64,000 bases of DNA, from positions 12,842-76,841 of the forward strand of contig CAZCMD010000003.1 in the NCBI GenBank assembly GCA_964499695.1, given 5' to 3'. The notes under the pieces are model-generated. The model was not told where the DNA came from and made no database searches. It saw nothing but the letters and a program-made list of their open reading frames with translations. Positions 17,719 to 25,523 of the stretch are shown in pieces. The translations under genes were made by a program, and so were the position numbers. The stretch comes from an uncultured Desulfatiglans sp. (lineage in GTDB: Bacteria > Desulfobacterota > DSM-4660 > Desulfatiglandales > HGW-15). Position 1 is the stretch's first letter; every line of letters begins with the position of its first letter.

Positions 17719-18962
17719 TGACAATTATGTATCCAAGGTACCGCTGGTTTACGCTGATTACAATCATAGCTGCCCATTTACTTCAGGGAATGGCCCTGAT
17801 CGGCCCAACGCCGCTGGTGGGATCAATAGCTGAATCTCTGAATCTTAATCTTGGTGCAGCAACTGCAGCTTCTATGCTGCCTTTCACGCTGATGGTTGCA
17901 ATAGGCGGACTCATAAGCGGTATGGTAATTGACCGGTGGGGACTCGCAAAAACATATGTCCTGTTCTGTTCGCTGGAGACAATTGCAGCGCTGCTCCTTC
18001 CTGCACTTGGCACCTCTGCGGCGGGGCTGGCTGTTATTCGAGGGCTTCAGGGTCTTGGATGCGGGCCTATTACCGCATCAGGCCCTAAAATGGCATCGGA
18101 ATGGTTTCCCCGCACTCAAAGGTCAATGGTTCAGGGCGTCACAGGTGCATCTCTTTCTATGGGTATTATCGTTGGCCTTAATATCGGTCCTGTCATCGCA
18201 CAAACAAGAAACTGGAATACTGCGCTTACAGTGCTGGGAGGCCTTATGATTATTGCTGTCATATTAAGCACAATTTTTATTTTTGGTCCGGAATCGCCCG
18301 GATCAATAGAGGATCAGGCCCCAAAAGAGCGTGTGTCAAAGGACTTTAAAAAGGTGTTCGGCCTGCCGGCCTTCTGGATGACATTCCTGTCCACGTTTAC
18401 ACTTGCATGGGTAATGCAGGGGTACCAGGATCTGACACCGGGGCACATAGCGGTTTCTCCGCCGGTCGGCCTTGGACTTGGAAGCATAATATCCGGACAA
18501 ATGATGGCGCTGCTTGTGTTCGCCTTTGTACTGGGATCACTTTCCACACCGGTTATTGCAGAGAAGATCTTCAGGGGTAAATATGGCAGGGCAATTACAG
18601 TAAGTTTTTGCCTTACCGCCTTTTTCTGCATCTCGGTAATGTGCCCTCTCGTTAAATCAAGTATACCTCTCTTAATAATATGCCTTTTTCTCGCCGGATT
18701 CTTCATGGGTATGCCTATGGCAACCGGCATGTCATTTATCGCCAACAATTACCCTGAACACATTACCGGCAGCGTGGGAGGGTTCACAATGGGGCTTGGT
18801 ATTTTCGGCGGTGCAATAGGAGTTGCAGCCGGATCAACAGCCCTGCATATTACCGGGATGTATAATGTATCTATAATTATCGTCGGCGTGGTTGCCGTGA
18901 TTGGTGCGATCGCAGGTTTTGGAATAAAACAGGTAAATATATTTGATGAAAACCCGGAGTAA
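17718..18962 (+). CDS. MFS transporter
   Basis: About 12 hydrophobic segments. The start overlaps the upstream stop (TAATG), suggesting translational coupling. Confidence 0.8.
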   Translation: MTIMYPRYRWFTLITIIAAHLLQGMALIGPTPLVGSIAESLNLNLGAATAASMLPFTLMVAIGGLISGMVIDRWGLAKTYVLFCSLETIAALLLPALGTSAAGLAVIRGLQGLGCGPITASGPKMASEWFPRTQRSMVQGVTGASLSMGIIVGLNIGPVIAQTRNWNTALTVLGGLMIIAVILSTIFIFGPESPGSIEDQAPKERVSKDFKKVFGLPAFWMTFLSTFTLAWVMQGYQDLTPGHIAVSPPVGLGLGSIISGQMMALLVFAFVLGSLSTPVIAEKIFRGKYGRAITVSFCLTAFFCISVMCPLVKSSIPLLIICLFLAGFFMGMPMATGMSFIANNYPEHITGSVGGFTMGLGIFGGAIGVAAGSTALHITGMYNVSIIIVGVVAVIGAIAGFGIKQVNIFDENPE

Positions 18963-18966
18963 CAGT

Positions 18967-19587
18967 ATGACAATGAACAGAATTGAGACTGAAGACGCAA
19001 TGAGGCTGGAATGGAAACTTGAGGGAGTTACCCCCAGAATGATTGACTGGTTCTGGTCAAACATGGAGAAATGCATGCTACTCTGGCATCCATCTCAGCA
19101 TGAACCTCTTGAATGGGCAAAGGCCCCTCTTCATGGAAACCCGATTAATTCCATTCATATTGCCCCGCAGACATGGAGAGACGGGACAAGGCAAAATCTC
19201 TACATCCAGATGGTTGATATCGCAACACTTCCTGAGCGGTTCAACAAATACATAAGACATGAACATGTAGCCATGGTCGCAGGCATAGGACTGGGAGAAG
19301 AAGCCCTTAAAAACCCTGTGATTATGGGATACCGCATACACCAGTGGTCAAAGGCAGATTGGGGCGTGGACGGTGAATCGGTTGCAATAGGTATAAAAAA
19401 GAAGGAAGACCATGAAGCCAAAATGACATGGGCGGCCCATTGTGAAGAAGAGATTTCGAACTGGGAGGTTTTTTTACCCGCCCTGTATAATTTATATAAA
19501 GTGGTTACCAATACTGACTACAACCCCTATGCCGATTTGACAGTTGAAAAGAAGGGGGATAAATTTCAGTACAAATATATTAAATAA
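18967..19587 (+). CDS. PhlG/phloretin-hydrolase-like (DAPG-hydrolase domain) protein, copy 1
   Basis: ORF 18943..19587, start moved to ATG 18967 after GGAG. GVTPRMIDWFW...LWHPSQH and AAHCEEE (H-x3-E) resemble, as I recall them, the PhlG Zn-site motifs. Paralogous to 24856-25509. Confidence 0.45.
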   Translation: MTMNRIETEDAMRLEWKLEGVTPRMIDWFWSNMEKCMLLWHPSQHEPLEWAKAPLHGNPINSIHIAPQTWRDGTRQNLYIQMVDIATLPERFNKYIRHEHVAMVAGIGLGEEALKNPVIMGYRIHQWSKADWGVDGESVAIGIKKKEDHEAKMTWAAHCEEEISNWEVFLPALYNLYKVVTNTDYNPYADLTVEKKGDKFQYKYIK

Positions 19588-19742
19588 TGTTCATCCAAAA
19601 ACTGATGTTTTTGTTTGAAAGCGGTCAGCTATCAGCGTTCAGCTTTCAGCAAAAGGCATATAAAATAAAGTTTTAGCTGACAGCTGATAGCTGAGTGCTG
19701 ACAGCTCAATCTAAAATTGATATATATAGATTGACACCAATT
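19584..19742 (+). repeat. MITE-like CAGC-rich repeat, copy A (degenerate ends)
   Basis: tcatccaaaaa...gcggtcagctatcagcgttcagctttcagcaaaagg...gctgacagctgatagctga aligns with the copies at 53737 and 56851(rc). The right end gacaccaatt resembles the TIR gacactaatta. Confidence 0.6.
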
Positions 19743-19776
19743 CATAGAACAGTGAACAAATAAAACGGAGCATGCC

Positions 19777-20616
19777 ATGTCAGTGGAATTCCAGCCAATG
19801 AGAAGTCTTATATACGTGGATGTGGTAAAGGAAGATTACAGACACAAACTTAAGCACTGGCTGCATCGATATCATATAGCAGACAGTATTTCTCAGTTTG
19901 GGCCATATGTAACAAAATATGCCTTTTACCCTGCCTTGCCCACCCCACCGGAAGGTGAAAGGTTCGGTACTGTCAGGATGCAGCTCACAGAGCACTACTG
20001 GCTGATAAGCCCGTTTCAGAATGACCTTAAGGTCAAAACCATCACAGAATATATGCCAGCGGATACATTGAAATGGCAGGGCATGATACCTGATACAGAT
20101 GAGCAGTTGAGCGAGAACATGGACGGTGATACCCATAGATCTTCAGGTGGTAAAGATGATTTACCCCCGTTCATTTTTGCCTTTGTACCGGTCTGTTGGG
20201 AGGAGGACTTCAAGGGGAAGGAAAGAACCGTTGAAGATGGCCCCAATTATCGCTGGCAGTTAGTACTCAGGTACCCTGACGGTATCTCTAAAGAAGAAGG
20301 AGATGGCTGGCTATATAAAGAGGTGATTCCTGTATTCGCTGAAATGCCTGAGGTGACAAGGCTCCTGACAAGCAGGATTAAGCAGGAAGTAAACAGTTGC
20401 CCTTATAATAGAGTCGTTGAAATGTGGTTTGACGGACCCAGTTCATGGTACAGGGCAGCAGTAGTAAAATCAGCATCAATAAAAAAACCTGGCTGGGCAA
20501 AGTATGAAAAATTCCCATATTTAAAACCCAGGTTTGAGATATCGAGCATTTTTTTAACCGACATCGCAGAAATAGATAATCTGACCCAGTACAGGGGCTA
20601 CTATACAATGAGATAG
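19777..20616 (+). CDS. conserved protein, candidate bacterial-type chalcone isomerase
   Basis: 279 aa with no signal peptide. Size and position (between the Phy-like and enoate-reductase genes) match the Eubacterium ramulus CHI system. The sequence-level call is from memory only. Confidence 0.4.
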   Translation: MSVEFQPMRSLIYVDVVKEDYRHKLKHWLHRYHIADSISQFGPYVTKYAFYPALPTPPEGERFGTVRMQLTEHYWLISPFQNDLKVKTITEYMPADTLKWQGMIPDTDEQLSENMDGDTHRSSGGKDDLPPFIFAFVPVCWEEDFKGKERTVEDGPNYRWQLVLRYPDGISKEEGDGWLYKEVIPVFAEMPEVTRLLTSRIKQEVNSCPYNRVVEMWFDGPSSWYRAAVVKSASIKKPGWAKYEKFPYLKPRFEISSIFLTDIAEIDNLTQYRGYYTMR

Positions 20617-20650
20617 TATATATAAAACATTACACCAGGAGTTATTAAAA

Positions 20651-21583
20651 ATGAAAATTCTCGGAATATCATCCGGATCAAAAAACGGTAATAATGATGC
20701 AATGTGCAAAGAAGCCCTCATGGGGGCAAAGGAGATGGGCGCAGATATTGAATTTATCAACCTGCATAACCTGGATTTAAAATACTGCACAGGCTGCGTC
20801 AGCTGCGTTATATCCCTGTTTTCAGGTAAAGGTAACCGCTGTGTCTTAAAGGATGATTTTGAGTGGCTCTTAGATAAGATGCTGGAGGCAGACGGTATTG
20901 TCTTTGCCACGCCGGTATTCGTAAAAGGTACCCCAGGTATTATACACACCCTGATAGATCGTTTTGGCCCGAGAATGGACAGAGGTAATAATATAATTGC
21001 AACGAAGATAGCCAAAGAAAAGGGCGGTAAGATCCCTGACATAAGAATACTGAAAGATAAAGTCGTTTCCTATATGGGGATAGGAGGTTCAGACTGGACA
21101 ACAAGAATACAGTGTGATCATGGCCTTCAGGCATTGACCCCCATGTGGAAGGTCATTGATAACGAGGTCTTTTCATGGTCCAAAGGAATTGTCATGGAAG
21201 ACGAAAAAGTAGCAAGGGTCCATATGATAGGCATTAATCTGGCAAAGGCAGCAAAAGATATCTCTTCTGCAGCCTATCTTGGTGAACCGGGAGTATGTCC
21301 TCACTGTCACAGCCGGAACTTTTTTTTAAATGACAGCGCATCCGAAGCCATTTGCTGTCTTTGCGGCATTAAGGGTGAGATAAAGGTCATTGATGGTAAA
21401 ATCTCCTTTGAATTCCCGGAGGAACAATTGAAGCACGCCCATGACACCCTTTCAGGAAAGATGATCCATGCAGGGGACATACAAAATAATGAAAGTAAAA
21501 ATATGGAGCAGATGAAAACAGGGGAATTCAAGGCCAGGATAAATAAATACAAAGAATTTATTTCTGCCAGTATGCCTGAATAA
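20651..21583 (+). CDS. Isf-like iron-sulfur flavoprotein (flavodoxin-like fold) with C-terminal Cys4 ribbon
   Basis: MKILGISSGSKNGN, a C-x2-C-x2-C-x11-C cluster motif (CTGCVSC...C), ADGIVFATPVF, and a C-terminal CPHC...CCLC. Confidence 0.65.
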   Translation: MKILGISSGSKNGNNDAMCKEALMGAKEMGADIEFINLHNLDLKYCTGCVSCVISLFSGKGNRCVLKDDFEWLLDKMLEADGIVFATPVFVKGTPGIIHTLIDRFGPRMDRGNNIIATKIAKEKGGKIPDIRILKDKVVSYMGIGGSDWTTRIQCDHGLQALTPMWKVIDNEVFSWSKGIVMEDEKVARVHMIGINLAKAAKDISSAAYLGEPGVCPHCHSRNFFLNDSASEAICCLCGIKGEIKVIDGKISFEFPEEQLKHAHDTLSGKMIHAGDIQNNESKNMEQMKTGEFKARINKYKEFISASMPE

Positions 21584-21670
21584 AACACCGGATGTCGGCT
21601 TTGATATGGAACGTTTCAAGCCGCCTTATGCGGGTACACTGGTTGCCGCAATGGTTCGGCCAATAATAGC

Positions 21671-21718
21671 GTAGACAAGACATGTTTACCCGCCGTTATT
21701 CTGGCGGGCCTTGTCTAC
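21671..21718. other. nested intergenic hairpin upstream of the enoate reductase gene
   Basis: Outer stem gtagacaag/cttgtctac and inner stem cccgcc/ggcggg, ending 40 nt before ATG 21758. Confidence 0.4.
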
Positions 21719-21757
21719 ATGGGATATAAACCTTTCCAATATAATTTGAGTTTTATT

Positions 21758-23740
21758 ATGGGAAAATTTGATCATCTTTTTTCACCTTTAAAGGTAGGAA
21801 GCTTCACGTATAAGAACAGAATCGAAAGCGCACCCATGGCATTCGCGCTGATTGCCTGTAACCCTGAAGCTGCTGACAAGTCATTCAGAAAACTGGAGGC
21901 GCCAGCCCGGGGCGGGTACGCCTGTGTTGCTGTAGGTGAACTTGATGTAAACTTCAGGGATGCCATAAGGATACCGCTGCCAGAAGTGGATTTTACTCAA
22001 ACCAATGGTTACGTGGTTGAAAAGGTTGGTGAATACGCGAAACGAATAAAAAGGCATGGTGCAATAGCTATATGCGAGCTTATGCATGCAGGAGCTGAAA
22101 AGGTACCGCTCGGGCCGGGTCAGGAGACTATAGGTCCAAATGATGAAGTCCGTCCAAATGGGATGAAAGTGCGCGCTATGACTATTGAGGACATGGAACG
22201 CATCACAGGAGATTTCGTTACATGTGCCAGGTTTGCTAGTAACTGCGGCTATGACGGTGTTCTGATTCATGGAGGACACGGGTTTCTTTTTACACAGTTT
22301 TTATCCACAGCATATAACAAAAGAACTGATAAGTACGGCGGGAGCCTGGAAAACCGCGTGCGATTTCCCATAATGATTTTAAAGGCAATAAGGGAAGCAA
22401 TGGGCCCGGATTTTCTCATTGAACTTCGTGTCAGTGCTGCTGACGGTTATGGAGGGATTACCCCTCACGAAACCGGTAAGTTTGTTGCCATGCTGGATGG
22501 AATTATTGACTCGGTCCAGATATCAAGCGGCATCTATTATGATGCTGTTGTAACCAAACAGTTTTCCTCCATGTATGTTGAGCACGGTTATAATGCGGAG
22601 CTTTCTGCAATAGTAAAAAAATATACAAAACTTCCTGTAGGTGTTGTTGGAGGAATCAATTCACCTGAGCAGATGGAAGAAATAATTGCTGAAGGAAAGG
22701 CTGACTACGTTGTACTGGGAAGACAATCTTTAGCTGACCCCGAGATAGCAAATAAGGCAAAAGAGGGGAAAGAGGACCTTATAAGACGCTGCATCAGGTG
22801 TTTTAAATGTTTTCCCGGGTCTCCGGAAGAGGGGTATAAAGATCTGCCCTATAACAGCATGGAACTGGCGAAAATTGTGGGGTACTGCACGATAAATCCA
22901 CTCGCCAACCTTCCCTTTGATCCATATGAGCTGAAACCTCCTGAGGTTTTTAAAAAAGTACTTATTATCGGCGGAGGCCCGGCAGGAATGCAGGCGGCCA
23001 TTACTGCCTCTAACAGGGGTCACAAGGTTGTACTGGCAGAAAAAGGAGACAGGCTGGGAGGGATGTTATTCTTTAGCGACCAGGAACAGGACAAGATTGA
23101 TCTGATGAATTTTAAAAATGTACTTATAAGGGAGGTAAATAACAGGGAGATTGAAGTACTTCTCAATACAAAGGCCGATGCAAATTTAATCACCCTGATC
23201 AAACCTGGTCACATCATTATTGCAACCGGGTCAGAACCGGTAACACCTGAAATCCCGGGGATAGAGCATGCCCATCAATCTTTGGATGTATATAGAGGAA
23301 ATATAATCTGCGGTAAAAAAGTTATTATGATCGGCGGCGGCCTGATCGGCTCGGAACAGGGCCTGCATCTGGCAAAGAGCGGACATAATGTCACCATTGT
23401 GGAGATGCTTCCGCGTATTGCTGATGAATCCTACGGCATGTATCGTGAAGCCCTGGTACTGGAAATTGCCAAAAAGGATATCCATGTTATGGAAAACACA
23501 AAATGTCTGGAGATAGGCAGGAACTATGTAAAAGTTCTATTACCTGATGGAGGGGAGAAGTGTCTTGATGCAGATACCATTTTATACGCTTTAGGAATGA
23601 AATCATCTCTCTTTGACGATATAAAAACTGCGGCCGGAGATGTTCCTGTAGAGGTAATAGGTGACGCCATAAAGCCTGGCAAGGTCGACCAGGCAATAAG
23701 CAGCGCCTATTATGCAGCTATCCATATAGGAAAGGTTTAA
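21758..23740 (+). CDS. Fe-S flavoenzyme of the 2-enoate reductase / 2,4-dienoyl-CoA reductase family (OYE TIM barrel + FAD/NAD(P) domain)
   Basis: ORF 21719..23740, start moved to ATG 21758 (MGKFDHLFSPLKVG...). VLIHGGHGFLFTQFLS is the OYE motif, CIRCFKC is the 4Fe-4S motif, and VLIIGGGPAGMQAA and VIMIGGGLIGSE are dinucleotide motifs. Confidence 0.8.
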   Translation: MGKFDHLFSPLKVGSFTYKNRIESAPMAFALIACNPEAADKSFRKLEAPARGGYACVAVGELDVNFRDAIRIPLPEVDFTQTNGYVVEKVGEYAKRIKRHGAIAICELMHAGAEKVPLGPGQETIGPNDEVRPNGMKVRAMTIEDMERITGDFVTCARFASNCGYDGVLIHGGHGFLFTQFLSTAYNKRTDKYGGSLENRVRFPIMILKAIREAMGPDFLIELRVSAADGYGGITPHETGKFVAMLDGIIDSVQISSGIYYDAVVTKQFSSMYVEHGYNAELSAIVKKYTKLPVGVVGGINSPEQMEEIIAEGKADYVVLGRQSLADPEIANKAKEGKEDLIRRCIRCFKCFPGSPEEGYKDLPYNSMELAKIVGYCTINPLANLPFDPYELKPPEVFKKVLIIGGGPAGMQAAITASNRGHKVVLAEKGDRLGGMLFFSDQEQDKIDLMNFKNVLIREVNNREIEVLLNTKADANLITLIKPGHIIIATGSEPVTPEIPGIEHAHQSLDVYRGNIICGKKVIMIGGGLIGSEQGLHLAKSGHNVTIVEMLPRIADESYGMYREALVLEIAKKDIHVMENTKCLEIGRNYVKVLLPDGGEKCLDADTILYALGMKSSLFDDIKTAAGDVPVEVIGDAIKPGKVDQAISSAYYAAIHIGKV

Positions 23741-23778
23741 TCCTTACTGGCACTATTGAAGAAAATTAACCTTTTTTA

Positions 23779-24417
23779 TTAATCTTTACGAAAAAGAAAT
23801 TTTGATACCCGCTCTACATGGGCTTTAATGCCTTTCTTTGAGAGGATATCCTCTTTAAGCAGCCTGTTCGTAATATCCTTTGTGGCAATTGGTGTTTCGA
23901 CTAATGCACGCGCATAGACAAGAAAACTGTCGTGATTAAAACCTTTAAAATACCCGCCTTTCTGCGCATTTTTAAAAACAGGTTCAACGATCGAATGAAG
24001 TTTTTTCTGTCTTTCTATAATATAATCCAGATGAGGGCTTGACCGGCTGTTATCATGCAGGAGGATCTTGGATAACTCCGGGTTTTTGGCTATTGTCGAT
24101 ATGTATGACTGTAAAAATTCCCTGAAAAGCTCAACAGGATCAACGGATTCGCGGGATTTTAAAATGCTTAATATATTGTTTTCCTGGATGTTCAGCCCGT
24201 AATCAACCACTGCCTTCCATAAATCTTCTTTTGAGCCGAAATGATGCCTTATAAGGCTGTGAGTGGTTCCTGCTATGGAAGCAATATCCCTTAATTTTGC
24301 ATTATGAAAACCTTCCTGCGCAAACACCTTAAGCGCGGCCTTAAGAACAGCCTCCTTTGTCTTTTCACTTACATCTCTGGGTTGTTTCCCCAGTTTTCTT
24401 TTAGTCCTGTTAATCAT
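23779..24417 (-). CDS. TetR-family transcriptional regulator (paralog 1)
   Basis: HTH region FAQEGFHNAKLRDIASIAGTTHSLIRHHFGSKEDL. Roughly 60% identical by eye to the 32638-33270 product. Confidence 0.9.
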   Translation of the reverse strand: MINRTKRKLGKQPRDVSEKTKEAVLKAALKVFAQEGFHNAKLRDIASIAGTTHSLIRHHFGSKEDLWKAVVDYGLNIQENNILSILKSRESVDPVELFREFLQSYISTIAKNPELSKILLHDNSRSSPHLDYIIERQKKLHSIVEPVFKNAQKGGYFKGFNHDSFLVYARALVETPIATKDITNRLLKEDILSKKGIKAHVERVSKFLFRKD

Positions 24418-24588
24418 TGTTCATATTTCCTGATTTTATTAAATGCACTTTATAATCAATTATACTTATTATTAATGTAATTCAATATATTTTATATGGC
24501 GGAAAAACATGGGGACCCATGTAGAATAATAATAGGTTAAATGTAAGGTTGTAAGGATAAGGTTTATACTTCAATTTCCTGATCATAG

Positions 24589-24657
24589 TTATATATTAAA
24601 GCGAGGGATCTCCGCACTGAATGGATGAGTCAGATCAACAAATACCTTCTTTCCCAT
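24589..24657 (-). pseudogene. 5' stub of a second cyclase gene (RBS + 19 codons)
   Basis: rc reads GGAGGTgtaaaaATG GGA AAG AAG GTA TTT GTT GAT CTG ACT CAT CCA TTC AGT GCG GAG ATC CCT CGC, giving MGKKVFVDLTHPFSAEIPR, then a stop after 3 more codons. 49/57 nt are identical to 6148-6204, and the differences are mostly at third positions. Confidence 0.6.
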
Positions 24658-24704
24658 TTTTACACCTCCTTAACATTTTAGAATGTTTATTATTCCCATT
24701 TTGA

Positions 24705-24742
24705 TTGACTTTTATCCTTTACGATAGTAAAAATTAATTACT
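24705..24742 (+). promoter_or_regulatory. candidate sigma-70 promoter (TTGACT-N17-TAAAAA) overlapping a conserved 15-mer TAAAAATTAATTACT (candidate TetR operator)
   Basis: -35 at 24705-24710 and -10 at 24728-24733. The 15-mer at 24728-24742 recurs exactly at 32340-32354, and the promoter half recurs at 36304-36332. Confidence 0.35.
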
Positions 24743-24855
24743 TTACAATTGGACAGCATAAATGACAAAAATAAATTATGTTGGCTTGATCTTCTTTTTT
24801 TCCGACTTAGTTGGAAAAGAGTCTAATTACAAAAATATCAAAAGGAGGCAGCAAT

Positions 24856-25509
24856 ATGGAAAAATCAAAATATCCTGAGGGATGGATGGTAGTCGATCAC
24901 GTCATTCCGGGCGTTACCGTGGAGATGCTCGACTGGTGGTGGGTCAATATGGAAAAAGGGTATGAGTTATGGTGCCCTGATGAGCATAAGGGTTTCAGAT
25001 GGGAAAAAAAACCGCCAATGAATGGCCATATCGGTGCTGTACAGATCGCTACTGAAAGCATAGATTACAGCCCGGTAATGGATTTAAGGATCGAATGGGT
25101 TGATCCCAATATAGGCACCGATGAACAGAAGGCGTTCTGGACCTATGAACATCTTCTTACAGCAGGGACAACAGGCGAAATCCCCGGTACTAAACCCTTT
25201 GTCATGCTTTCACACCAGTGGGAAGCCATCCCTGGCGGATGCAAAATGCGATCCTGCATGCACGGATTCCCAAAACCGCCTCCCGGAAGCGGGCCGGCTC
25301 ATCCTCCAGCAGCAGCAATGCCTGAACATCCAACCGGGAAAAAGCCTACCGGAGGCGGATGGCCTGCCCATAATATAGCCGAGGCAGGTACATTCAAGAA
25401 TTTTCTTCCGGCGTTGTGGGGAATCTGGCAGGCAGTTACCGACCCTGCAATCAATCGCAAGGCCTCATTAAAGATTAAAAAAGAGGGCTCTCGTATAATT
25501 TATATCTAA
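24856..25509 (+). CDS. PhlG/phloretin-hydrolase-like protein, copy 2 (with Pro/Gly-rich insert)
   Basis: ORF 24811..25509 (TTG), start moved to ATG 24856 after AGGAGG. PGVTVEMLDWWWVNMEK..LWCPDEH and AHNIAE (H-x3-E). The low-complexity segment PKPPPGSGPAHPPAAAMPEHPTGKKPTGGG is absent from copy 1. Confidence 0.45.
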   Translation: MEKSKYPEGWMVVDHVIPGVTVEMLDWWWVNMEKGYELWCPDEHKGFRWEKKPPMNGHIGAVQIATESIDYSPVMDLRIEWVDPNIGTDEQKAFWTYEHLLTAGTTGEIPGTKPFVMLSHQWEAIPGGCKMRSCMHGFPKPPPGSGPAHPPAAAMPEHPTGKKPTGGGWPAHNIAEAGTFKNFLPALWGIWQAVTDPAINRKASLKIKKEGSRIIYI

Positions 25510-25523
25510 AACAGGGGATACTT

